Positions 9,605 to 20,000 of a stretch of DNA of 55,027 nucleotides are shown piece by piece (position 1 is the stretch's first letter; each line of letters begins with the position of its first letter). Position numbers and translations under genes: made by a program. The stretch lies in the IMG/VR virus record IMGVR_UViG_3300030330_004305; one strand, given 5' to 3'. Source of the stretch: an uncultured virus (IMG/VR IMGVR_UViG_3300030330_004305). Its lineage: Duplodnaviria > Heunggongvirae > Uroviricota > Caudoviricetes. Under the pieces are notes generated by a model. It saw nothing but the letters and a program-made list of their open reading frames with translations, searched no databases and had not been told where the DNA came from.

Positions 9605-10305
9605 CTTTGAAATATATAAAAAATATAAAACAACAAACGCCCATAGATATTATTATACCTGCCGCTGGTCTAGGTAGGAGAATGAAATCGTATGGTCCAA
9701 AGTCTTTAATAAAAATAAAAAAGAATTTGACGGTAATAGACCATCAATTAAAGATAATAAAAAATACAATACCAAATGCTAACATAATATTGGTATCTGG
9801 ATTTGAATCTGATTATCTGATGAATAATACTCCAAACGACATTATTAAAGTAGAGAATGAGAGATACGAACAAACAAACGTTGTTAGATCAATAGGGCTA
9901 GGTTTAAGGGCTTCACAGAGAGATGTGCTAATTATATATGGCGATTTGGTTTTTAATTCAGAGTGTATCGAAAATATAAATTTTAACAGGTCTTCTATAC
10001 TGATAGGAGATAACATGATGAAAGAATCAGAAGTAGGATGCATATTTAATAATAGTGATAAATTAGAAAGCATGATGTACGACTTAGAACATAAATGGAG
10101 TCAAATGATTTTTTTAAAAGGTAAAGAATTAGAAATATTCAAAAAAATATGCTGGAATACTGATAATTATAGTATGTTTGGTTTTGAGGCTATAAATGAC
10201 TTGTTATCAATGGGCGGGATAGTGAATGTGTGTCATCACAAAGATGCAAAAGCTATTGATATAGACAGTTCAAAGGATTTAGAAAAGGTATCACAAATAT
10301 TATGA
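9601..10305 (+). CDS. sugar/phospho-nucleotidyltransferase (NTP_transferase, LicC/PntC-like)
   Basis: IIIPAAGLGRRMKSYGPKSL, IYGDLVF, IDIDSSKDL. Confidence 0.88.
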   Translation: MTLKYIKNIKQQTPIDIIIPAAGLGRRMKSYGPKSLIKIKKNLTVIDHQLKIIKNTIPNANIILVSGFESDYLMNNTPNDIIKVENERYEQTNVVRSIGLGLRASQRDVLIIYGDLVFNSECIENINFNRSSILIGDNMMKESEVGCIFNNSDKLESMMYDLEHKWSQMIFLKGKELEIFKKICWNTDNYSMFGFEAINDLLSMGGIVNVCHHKDAKAIDIDSSKDLEKVSQIL

Positions 10306-11066
10306 ATAAGAATATATTTTTCTCTGCGTCTAGTCATCCAAAAATTATGGGTGTGGCACAGGCAATGCAAGACAATGCAAAAGAATCTCGCTGGTTTGAA
10401 AACTCGTTGCCTATTTTTGACTTACTGGAAGCAGAAAAGCCAGACTTGGTTTTTTTCAAAGATAATGATTACCCACTACAGCATATTGAATATGCTAAAA
10501 AAGACTTTCCAAACACTAAGTTTGGTTTGTTTACTGAGCTAGAAGAAGATCATGAGTTTTTTGACATCACCATCAATATTCTAAATGAAAAGCATAGAAA
10601 CTATCTACCTTATCTTGCAAACACATACTATTCTGGAGGCAAGAAAAATGAAATATATGAAACAGATATTTTAATGATAAGCAACAATGTTAATTTAGAA
10701 AATGAAACACTACTGAAATGGATATTTTCCATAGCTACAAAGTATAGAATGAAAATATATGGAGAAAATAAGGTTCAGTGTCCATATTATCTTGGTAATG
10801 TAGGTATAGAGTCGCTTAAAGATCTAATAGCTTCTACAAAAATAATGATAATGCTGAATGAAGAATGGCTGCAAACCGCTTTATTAAATGATAAAGTCCC
10901 TCTATTGTTTAGCAACAACCCTTCTAACCATTGTGAGTTTTCAACATACAGTCAATTAGATGAATTATGTAATTTACACATAAATCATGATATGGAATCA
11001 ACTAAAATAACGCCAAAAACATATTTAGATTTTTGCAATAAAATACTAGAGGAATTATACAAATGA
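10302..11066 (+). CDS. hypothetical protein, glycosyltransferase-related (CgeB-like)
   Basis: EKPDLVF, MKIYG...YLG, DLIASTKI pattern; cluster context. Confidence 0.4.
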   Translation: MNKNIFFSASSHPKIMGVAQAMQDNAKESRWFENSLPIFDLLEAEKPDLVFFKDNDYPLQHIEYAKKDFPNTKFGLFTELEEDHEFFDITINILNEKHRNYLPYLANTYYSGGKKNEIYETDILMISNNVNLENETLLKWIFSIATKYRMKIYGENKVQCPYYLGNVGIESLKDLIASTKIMIMLNEEWLQTALLNDKVPLLFSNNPSNHCEFSTYSQLDELCNLHINHDMESTKITPKTYLDFCNKILEELYK

Positions 11067-11509
11067 TAGGAATATTAGTAGACAACATTGCCAATGACGC
11101 TTTTAACTATTGTATGTTTAGAGAATTGAACCGTCTGTCAAAAAAAGAGCAATGTTTTGTCTTTACCAATAATGTAATGGCCTTGCCAATGCAGAATAAT
11201 TTTGCAATATTGCAACAAATAGATGCTTTGGCACACCAAGGTACTCTAATAGCTACTAACCTCTTGAATTGTCAAGTTCTTGCAAATTCATTGACAGCAG
11301 AAAAGAAATTTATGTATCTATGGAGCTTTGATTGGATGAATTTTAATAGACTTGAAGCTAGTTCGCTAAACAACATGCTTCACAATAACGAGATAGAGAT
11401 CATAGCAAGAAGTAAATCACACGAACAGGTAGTCAGGAAAATGTTTAAAAGCCCCAAGGGGGTCGTTTATAACTGGAGAGCAGATGAAATTTTAAAGGCA
11501 ATATCATGA
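11063..11509 (+). CDS. hypothetical protein resembling the N-terminal domain of WsaF-like GT4 enzymes
   Basis: GTLIATNL...KKFMYLWSFDW...IIARS pattern. Confidence 0.4.
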   Translation: MIGILVDNIANDAFNYCMFRELNRLSKKEQCFVFTNNVMALPMQNNFAILQQIDALAHQGTLIATNLLNCQVLANSLTAEKKFMYLWSFDWMNFNRLEASSLNNMLHNNEIEIIARSKSHEQVVRKMFKSPKGVVYNWRADEILKAIS

Positions 11510-12300
11510 GCAAGCAGAAATTTTTTAATTGTCTAAATAATACAAGATTGCAATATTATGAACAGCATTATTACCAAGAAAAAAAGAGTTGGAAAGAAAT
11601 AGCAGAAGAACTTGGAACATACCCTAACAAGGTCAGAAGAGATGCGGAAAAACTTGGAATAAAATCTAGAACAAAATCACAAGCACAAAAAGTTGCTTTA
11701 TCAGAGGGTAGAATAAGTCACCCCACCGCTGGAAAAAAACAATCTGAAGAAACTAAAATTAAAATTAGTGAAAGTCAAGGAAAAGTGTGGGATGGTATGA
11801 CTGAAAAAGAGCGTGAATATCGCTCTCAGATAGGCATAGAATCTTGGAATAAAAAAACAGAGTATGAGAAGTCGGACTTTTTTAAAAAATCGACTCAGGC
11901 GATACAGGAAGCGTCTAGAAATGGCTCTAAAGTAGAGTTGTATTTGTTCAACCATCTGATCGAATCAGGATATCGAGTAGACATACACAAAGAACATATA
12001 TTACAGAATGAGAAATTTCATATTGACCTGTACATACCTTCTTGTAGAATAGCAATAGAGGTAGATGGTCCGATGCATTTTGAACCTGTTTTTGGTGAAG
12101 AAAAACTTCAAAAAAGAATAGCAGCAGATACTCAAAAAAATGGACTAATTTTGTCCTCCGATATGGTGCTTATCAGAGTAAAATTGGTAAAGAGAGAATC
12201 ACAACGTTATCTTCGTCAAATTGTAGAAAATGTTATGGAAATTATAACTAAAGTAGAAACTAAATTCCCTAAGAAAAATGAAAGGTACTTTGAAGTATGA
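11506..12300 (+). CDS. NUMOD3 + Vsr/DUF559-like endonuclease with N-terminal HTH (homing-endonuclease-like)
   Basis: HTH SWKEIAEELG; NUMOD3 GKKQSEETKIKISES; SKVE...HIDLYIP...IAIEVDGPMHF...DTQKN. Confidence 0.75.
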   Translation: MSKQKFFNCLNNTRLQYYEQHYYQEKKSWKEIAEELGTYPNKVRRDAEKLGIKSRTKSQAQKVALSEGRISHPTAGKKQSEETKIKISESQGKVWDGMTEKEREYRSQIGIESWNKKTEYEKSDFFKKSTQAIQEASRNGSKVELYLFNHLIESGYRVDIHKEHILQNEKFHIDLYIPSCRIAIEVDGPMHFEPVFGEEKLQKRIAADTQKNGLILSSDMVLIRVKLVKRESQRYLRQIVENVMEIITKVETKFPKKNERYFEV

Positions 12301-13007
12301 CTAATAAACTTGAAGATTATGTAGAAGAGGTAGTGGAAGATGGTGTATTAGAAGTAGGGGAATCAGTTAAAAAACCTACAGATCCTGAGTGGGTTGATTA
12401 TGTTTTGGACCATCTTGCTGATCACGAGCTATCTGAAGGAAATCCTACAACAGACGGTTTGAGAAGGGTAACGGAAAAGCTTTATGGTCAGATTATCAAG
12501 TCTGATACAGAAATATTGGAAATACCAAAACAACCATACACTGGAAAAGTAACAGCTAAACACACGCTGGTAATCGAAAAATATGATGGACGTATAGTAG
12601 AAATTAGTGCATGTGTTGATGTAATTGGAGATAAGCTGCCAGCACCATTTAATAGGCATTTAGTAGCTACTGCATGTACAAAAGCTGAAGGAAAGGCTCT
12701 TAGGCGTGCTTTAAAAATTAGAGTACAAACAGCGGAAGAGCTTAATACAGAAAAAGATGAAGAATTTAATACTGATGAACCTATAAACGATCAGCAGATA
12801 GTTGCAATAAAAACACTTTGCAAAAGAAATGACGTTGACTTGATTAAGTTTGTCAAAGAAAATAGCGATAAACCTAAGACAGTCAGAGATGTAAAAAATC
12901 TAGAAGGAAGATTGATGATTAATAAATTATCCGGTTTCCAACGCGAAGGAACTCCAGATAAATTAACAGGTTACAATGAGAATTGGGAAGAAACTTTCGG
13001 GGCTTAA
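12297..13007 (+). CDS. putative ssDNA-annealing protein (Rad52/Sak/Red-beta superfamily)
   Basis: ATACTKAEGKALRRALKI...AEEL resembles the annealase helix signature; C-terminal INDQQIVAI helix. Confidence 0.5.
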   Translation: MTNKLEDYVEEVVEDGVLEVGESVKKPTDPEWVDYVLDHLADHELSEGNPTTDGLRRVTEKLYGQIIKSDTEILEIPKQPYTGKVTAKHTLVIEKYDGRIVEISACVDVIGDKLPAPFNRHLVATACTKAEGKALRRALKIRVQTAEELNTEKDEEFNTDEPINDQQIVAIKTLCKRNDVDLIKFVKENSDKPKTVRDVKNLEGRLMINKLSGFQREGTPDKLTGYNENWEETFGA

Positions 13008-13010
13008 AAT

Positions 13011-13394
13011 ATGTTGATTAAACTAAAAATTAGTGATGACCTTTGGATAGAAGAAGAAGCAGATAAAGAGGTTGACACTTTCAAGGCGGCTGCAAGACTT
13101 ACAGAGATATTTAAACACGATAAGTGTGGAAGATGTCATAAAAAAAATGTCAAGTTTGTATGCAGAAAAGATAAAGAAGATAATGATTGGTTGGAAATAG
13201 TATGTAAAGATTGCGGTGCAAAATTAGTTTTCAGCACAGTTAAAGGTAAAGGTGGAGAAATCTATCCCAAGACCAGATGGAATCATCTTTCAGAAACTCA
13301 AGCCAAGCAAAGATCTGATGAAAAAGAGTATGCAGACAGTCACAACGGTTGGCTACCAAATAATGGCTGGTATATTTACAAAAAACAATCTTAA
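13011..13394 (+). CDS. zinc-ribbon protein
   Basis: CGRC...CKDCG; C-terminal WLPNNGW. Confidence 0.7.
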   Translation: MLIKLKISDDLWIEEEADKEVDTFKAAARLTEIFKHDKCGRCHKKNVKFVCRKDKEDNDWLEIVCKDCGAKLVFSTVKGKGGEIYPKTRWNHLSETQAKQRSDEKEYADSHNGWLPNNGWYIYKKQS

Positions 13395-13416
13395 TATAAT
13401 TTAATGGAGAATTAAA

Positions 13417-13722
13417 ATGGCACAACAATTTTGTGTAGACATAGCAGATGGTGACGTAGATCGTGTGATCACGGCAATGTGTGCTAATTATAATTATCAA
13501 ACTGAAATACCGAACCCTGATTTTAACCCGGATTTACCAGTTGATCCAAATACTAATCCTGAAAAGATTGCAAATCCTGAAACAGCATATCAATTTGTAA
13601 ATAGAATGGGAAGAGATTTTTTGATTAACAATACAGTTGCTTATGAGTTGAAACTTGAAAAGCAAAATGTTCCTCAACCAACCCCTCCAGACATTACAGA
13701 TCCACAAATTCCGCCCGCTTAG
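13417..13722 (+). CDS. Pro/Asn-rich hypothetical protein
   Basis: GGAGA RBS; NPDFNPDLPVDPNTNPE repeats. Confidence 0.75.
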   Translation: MAQQFCVDIADGDVDRVITAMCANYNYQTEIPNPDFNPDLPVDPNTNPEKIANPETAYQFVNRMGRDFLINNTVAYELKLEKQNVPQPTPPDITDPQIPPA

Positions 13723-13734
13723 GATGGAGTTTTA

Positions 13735-13767
13735 AAAACGGGGCGTGGTAAAACACGCCCTTTTTTT
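13735..13767. terminator. probable bidirectional intrinsic terminator between the convergent blocks
   Basis: AAAAAC-GGGCGTG-gtaaaa-CACGCCC-TTTTTTT; 7-bp perfect stem with T-runs on both strands. Confidence 0.85.
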
Positions 13768-14023
13768 ATTCACCTTCTTCAGATTTCCTGTATGGAAATA
13801 TTTGGTTGAAAAACTTCTTGACTTTTTGGCAACCGCAACCTCCGATACCGGCAAACTTGCTGATGGTTTCTTCTGTTACGCCAAATTTAGCAAAAGCTCT
13901 TTCCAAACTATCACCAACACCTTCTGGATCTTTGTGTTGATAGTTTTCAAGCTTTACATCTTCTTCATTTTCTAAATATTCAACAATTTCATTTAGATGT
14001 TGTTTAGAGCCGTCATCTGACAT
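13766..14023 (-). CDS. small CGC-motif protein
   Basis: AGGAG RBS; GVGDSLE...GGCGCQKVKKFFNQIFPY. Confidence 0.75.
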   Translation of the reverse strand: MSDDGSKQHLNEIVEYLENEEDVKLENYQHKDPEGVGDSLERAFAKFGVTEETISKFAGIGGCGCQKVKKFFNQIFPYRKSEEGE

Positions 14024-14051
14024 TTATTTTCTCCTTGATTTTTTAGTTTAA

Positions 14052-17000
14052 TTATGGGCCTAGATCGGGAGGAGGTGATGGTCCGGGAATACAACCACCC
14101 ACGGGGAATGGAGATATGGAAGTAATAAGATACTTATCACCGCATGTTTTCATACCAGCTACAGTTGTTGTTAAAGGATAAACAGCAGTAACAACAGTTT
14201 GACCGTTAATACTTGTTGTGGTAGTTTCGATGCCTGTTACAACACACATTTCCCAATCCTCACTTGCATCGGATATCTCAATTTGTGTTATTGCCGTTGC
14301 ATCAGCAGTATCAACCGGTGACCCCAGACCATTGATTGCAAAATCAGCACCCCAGTTGTGTTGATAAACTTGTGCAACATAGATTTGAGCATCATCACAA
14401 CCATTTCCAATCTGCCTACCATAATCAATATGATTGTTAAAGATTGTTAATCCACCGCATACACTATCGGTTTCAGCGTCTGATTGTGGAGAAGCAAAAC
14501 CTATACCCGGACCACTTACAAATGCATTTACGATATCAGGAACCGATCTCTTTTCATATGGGGTTGCCACTTCGCAACCTGCCAAACCCGGATCACAACC
14601 AAGACTTGTATATCCCGGTAGTATGTTCTGACCACAATTTATTGTTTGACCAACAATATCACAACCTGCGGCCCCCATAGTCAATGGATCAAGTCTGAAA
14701 GTACAATCATCATCATCTGGTCTGCTCGTGGTGAATCCACTACCAATTATTAAATTTACATAAGTTCTATAACCACCTGTTTGATCACGAACATCATTGC
14801 ACTCAGAGACTGCCTTGATTCTCATTCCAGCAGTGATCTTGTAATCGCATGAAGAACCATCTCGTTCAACTCTTATACCCCTACCAAATATCAAGCTTTT
14901 AAATGGTGTTGCTTCTGTATAGTCGTTGGTCCAAGGTAAAGTGTCTTGACTACCATCTTGTGTAGCAACACAATCATTATCAGTTTTTAAATTTTGCTCA
15001 TGCTTGATGAGATATTGACAATCGCTTTCTAGTTCTACATGCAATCCACTAAAGTTAAGTTTTTCATAATTTGTTTCAGTTACAGCATTTGAACCACAAA
15101 AATCTTCAGATAAAATCTTCATGGCACTATCAATGCGGAAAGCACAACCAATTGGAGTATCTGTTGAAGGTCCACCTCCACCCCCAGTAGTGCGTTTAGC
15201 AGGCGAAGCTACAAGTCCAGTACCAAGTATTAGATTATCAAAATGATTTTTGCTTTTATCTTTTTTCATACTTGGTGAATCTGCATCAGGCTCTCTACCA
15301 CAAACACCAGTGTTGCTAATAAATTGATTTGCATCTATGTAGTAGTGACAATCTGTGGTGGTCATAGGCTCAGAAGGTCTTTGGGTTGATCTTATGCCAC
15401 TTCTGAATATCAAATGAGTGTAAGGATTGTATGTGTCATCATCTGTCACTTCAATTTCACAGTTGCCAGTGTGACTAAGCAACATGCTTGAATTTAATCT
15501 AGCAAAACATCCATCAAAATCAACAGAAAGCCCAGTGCCAACGGCAATACCAGTAACACCAGCCAAATCACCATCAGTATTTGTATTTGGACATGTACCT
15601 GACTGGAACATGAATATTGGAGTTGGAAGACCAGTTACTTTTACTGTGCATGAATCTTCATCATAATAACTAGATAAATATCCTCCGAATTTTATATGAT
15701 CAAATACCTTATTGGTAAATGGAGTATCGTTGCTCCCATCAGTAAGATTTCTCAAAGGAAGACAGCTTGATTCATATGTAAATCCATCAGCCTGAATATT
15801 CGCATTTAATGTAGCACCACAATTTCCGATTGATTTTAACTGTAAACCTGTTCCTACAATTATCTTGGCTGCATTAAAGTCAGAAACTGAAACACCATTA
15901 TTGCAAGTCTCAACAGACTTCATTACAACTGGACTTGGACTTCCACTTACTATAAGATTACGACAAGTTCCAGCTAGATCCCAAGTAGAAGAAAGAAATC
16001 CTGTAAATGTAATAATTTCAGGAGGATATGGGTGGGTAGTTTCATTAAATGTATCTGTTCCACCATATTGATCACAGAAAGGCTCTGAAAGCTTTCGGCC
16101 TCTTGTTCTAAGAAGACTAGAAATAACCCCCGTACAAGCATCATTGTCTATAAAACCTAATCCAATACCAACCTGTAATGTTTGTATTGGCTTTCTTCCT
16201 ACAGCAAGACCAATAAGATCACAGACGTTGCTTGACTCCATATTAATTGTGTTGCTGCTTATACCGCTAACCACAGCAGTACAGTCTTCACCAGCTTTTG
16301 CGGTTGTAGAAAGTCCTCCAACAAATTCTATTTTGGAAATTGGTTTAGTATGAGTAAATGCAGAACCGGGAGTGAGTGTTTGACAAGTATAAGATTTTGA
16401 TGTACCTGCTACCGAGAAATCGCTCGTTAATGTGTAAGCACAGTCTCCAACCTTTGTTAATTTTACACCAGTGCCAACACCAAGGCCAGTAAATGTGTCT
16501 CTGGCTGCTACAGCACCACCATCACAATCGCTCAAACCATAAATCCAATTTGGATTTGAGTTTACGTGTATTTCTCTGCCATTGTTATGACATACTCCGG
16601 TTCCCATTTTCAAACCGGTTCCGAACACTATGTTTGTAAACTTTTTAAAGCCCTGTATGTTTAATTCACAAATTTCGTCTGAACCTTTAGCTTGCAAATT
16701 AGTTGTTAGTATTCCAGTGCAAGTCTGTGGACTATCTCCTTCAGTAAATGTTAATCCACTTTTAGATACAACAAAAGTTTCTGCCAAGAAAGCCGTATCA
16801 CGAGTACCCTTATTTTCACTACAAACTCCAGACGAAAAGAATCTGAGTGGAGTTCTTGAGCCACTAACTGTTACTTTACATTCAGAATCGTCATATGTAG
16901 TACCCAAGTAGCCTTTAAATTCTATATTTTCAAATCTTCTATTCAGTGATTCTTTAACTGCTGGGCTATTATAAGATTCTGAGGTTCTTAAATTTGGATT

Positions 17001-20000
17001 GCAAAGATTGGAAGGAAGATTAGATCCTGTTGCAAATATATTAGATTGTATTATAGCTCTACAATCTCCACTATTTTCTAAATACAGTCCTGTACTAACC
17101 AATAAGGTGTCGGCAGTAAATTTTTGTACTTTGCTACGACCACAAGCAGGATCGCCACTAAAGAATATAAATGGTCTAGTGCCGCTGACCATAACGCTAC
17201 ATTTAGCGTCATCATAATAAGAAGAAAGATTGCCTGTAAAGGTTATTGTTTCAAATGCTTTTTTAAATACTGTATTTCTGTTGTAATAATCAAAAGTATC
17301 ACTACAGCCCTTATCACCTTCAAATTGACTTCCACTAGCAAATATTTGAACGTGTATATCTTTTCTATGATTTAAACAGTCAGAAGAAGAAGGAGCATCA
17401 CGATAAACCAGACCAGTACCAAGTCTTAATCCAGTAAAGAAAACACCTTCTTGTCCCTCAGTACGACAACTAGCCAAACCAGAAACAAATTGCCTAGACT
17501 TTACTGTTACCAAACCACATTCAGGTTCACTGATTGCAATACCGCTTGAAAATGCTATTCCAGTTATCAACCCTTCTATTCTTGTTGAAGCTTGACTTAA
17601 AGGTGGGCACTCAGTAGGTTGTCCAGAAACACCAAAATGTAATTTTAGAATACCTGTGCATTCATCTTGTGTCAAACTTAGCCCGCTTGCAGCAACAAGT
17701 TTTTCAGCAAAAAAGTTTGTTTGAATATGATCGGCTTCACTAGAACCACCTACTCTTTGATCACAAACCCCAGAAATTCCCATTTTCAATAAAGGAATAC
17801 CACTTACAGTTACGCTACAATCATTGTCTGAGTAAATTGACGATAAATTGCCTCTGAAATTAATATTTTCAAATCTACGTTTTGCGGGATTGTTTCGTGT
17901 GTAGATATCACAACCATCTATACCATATCCACTAGCAGTAATCTTGCTGTGAATAATGCCACTGCATTCATCTTGAACAAATTCTAATCCGCTGCCCGCA
18001 ACTAAAGTTTCTCCCCTGAAAGGTGTGCCTCTTGCAGCTTTAGGGCATGTACCAGAATTAACAAAATTAATTGTTGGTTTGACACCGCTAACTTGAAAAT
18101 CACAATTTGTCGTATTGTATACAGAAGATAAACCACCAACAAAAGAAATACTTCTTGTTTTGCCTTCGACTATATTTTTTTGTATTGGGGCTGATGTATT
18201 ATAAGGATCGCAATGATTAGCTATATTATTTCCAGAAGCAATAAGCTGTGAGTGTATGGCATATCTACAATCAGCAGATTTTTCTTCTACAACCAATCCC
18301 GAACCAGCAAGCAAATGATAATAACTATTGCAAGCACCTGTAGTTGGTACAGCTTCTCCACAATAATCAGTGACATCACTTATAAATTGCCAAGCTTCAA
18401 CCACACCTTCTTTTAATTCATCGCTTCCGGGCAATTGCTTTACTGTTAAACCATGACCAAACTTCAAACATTTGAATTTTGTTGAACATCCTAATGGCAT
18501 TTCTAAGGTAGATGGAAAATTATTTGCAGGTTCAGATCCATCTTTAACACATTCCATATATCCGTCAAAACATCCGGTCCAAGGAACATTGCCCGCAAGA
18601 ACACCAGATCCGACACCAGACAAACCACTTGCTTTAACATAAAGAGTTCTGTCACAACCATCAACATCTACAAAATTTCCGGCAAAACCGGAAGCAAATA
18701 CAATGTGTTTGATATCATATGTTCTTGGAACATAACCACTAATTGTTGCGTCTAGCCTGTTTGTAGGAAATGCATAATATTTACAATCACTAGTATCCCA
18801 GTATGCTGGAATTTTACCAACACCAGTGGGTGGTTTTACGTCCCAAGGCCACTCTACATTTGCTTCTTGAGTTACAGAGCCACCCGTATTATCAAAAGTA
18901 TTTTGTCCATTATCGACATCGGCGGTTGTGTTAGTGGATAATGGACAGCTTTGTTTATATGTGATGTGCAAATTTCTTGGAGCAGGAGGAACTGTCCAAA
19001 CACCACGTTTTCTATCCAAACGCAAGTCAACTGGTGCGACTGGCCATGTTTTAGGAAGCTTTAAAAATTTATCTAAAAACTTATCTTTAAGATTAGATGT
19101 AGTGAATGTGCCAGCTTCTGCACTACTTTTACTGTCTGCATCGTTAGGTACAGGTTTTCCATCTGTATCATAACCCCAAGATTGCAGTACGAGTGGTCCT
19201 CTTAATGCAAAAAATCTATAATCATCTGCATATCCACTATCACCTTCTTCTTCTCCCTCTTTAATACACCAGCCTGAAGGTGGTGCAGATGCATTTCTAC
19301 CCAAGACTTCAATATCATGCCCACTGGCTGGCGTAGTAGATCTTTTTGCTACTGATGAATCAGGGTTTGAAAATGGATCTAAGTAAGATTGATTTATTTT
19401 TAATCCTGAATAAGACAGCTTTGGTCCATCGGGTGCTATTGTAGCTTCGACATTACCAGAGCATGTAGAGTCAGTATGATTAACAAATCTAGGCAAACCT
19501 CCATCGCCAGCCTTTGAAACCGGCCTGAAGATTCCGTCCATACTCATCAATGCACTTTCAGCATATGTAGCATCAGTTGGGAAAGTGAGAGTTGCTTCTT
19601 TGGCATTTATGGTAAATGATTCATTTCTACCTTCAAGCATTCTACCCATCAGCAAATGACTTGAAGATTTTGGTGCTCTTGCTGTTTTACCAACTTGAGT
19701 TTCTACTCTTTGTTTGATTCTTGCGGTTGCAGCAGCAATCTGCCTTGACAACGCTTGTCTGGATCTTAGGTTTCTTCCAGCAAGCAATCTTTGTTGACCA
19801 ATTGCCTTTATTCTTTCTGCATTATTCTTATTGAATCTACCAAATCTTGGAGTATATGTACTAAATTGAAAATCAGTAGTGAACCCTTGTGGTCCTACTT
19901 GTACATTGACATTTGTTATAGCTGGTCCATATATACCATTCCAAACTTGACCTTTGGCTTTCCAAACTGGTAATTTTACCGCTACACCAATGTCTGGAGT

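Noticed and set aside
13745..13975. 76-aa hydrophobic + strand ORF as a possible holin
   Set aside because: Starts inside the terminator hairpin and is antisense to the better-supported 13766-14023 gene
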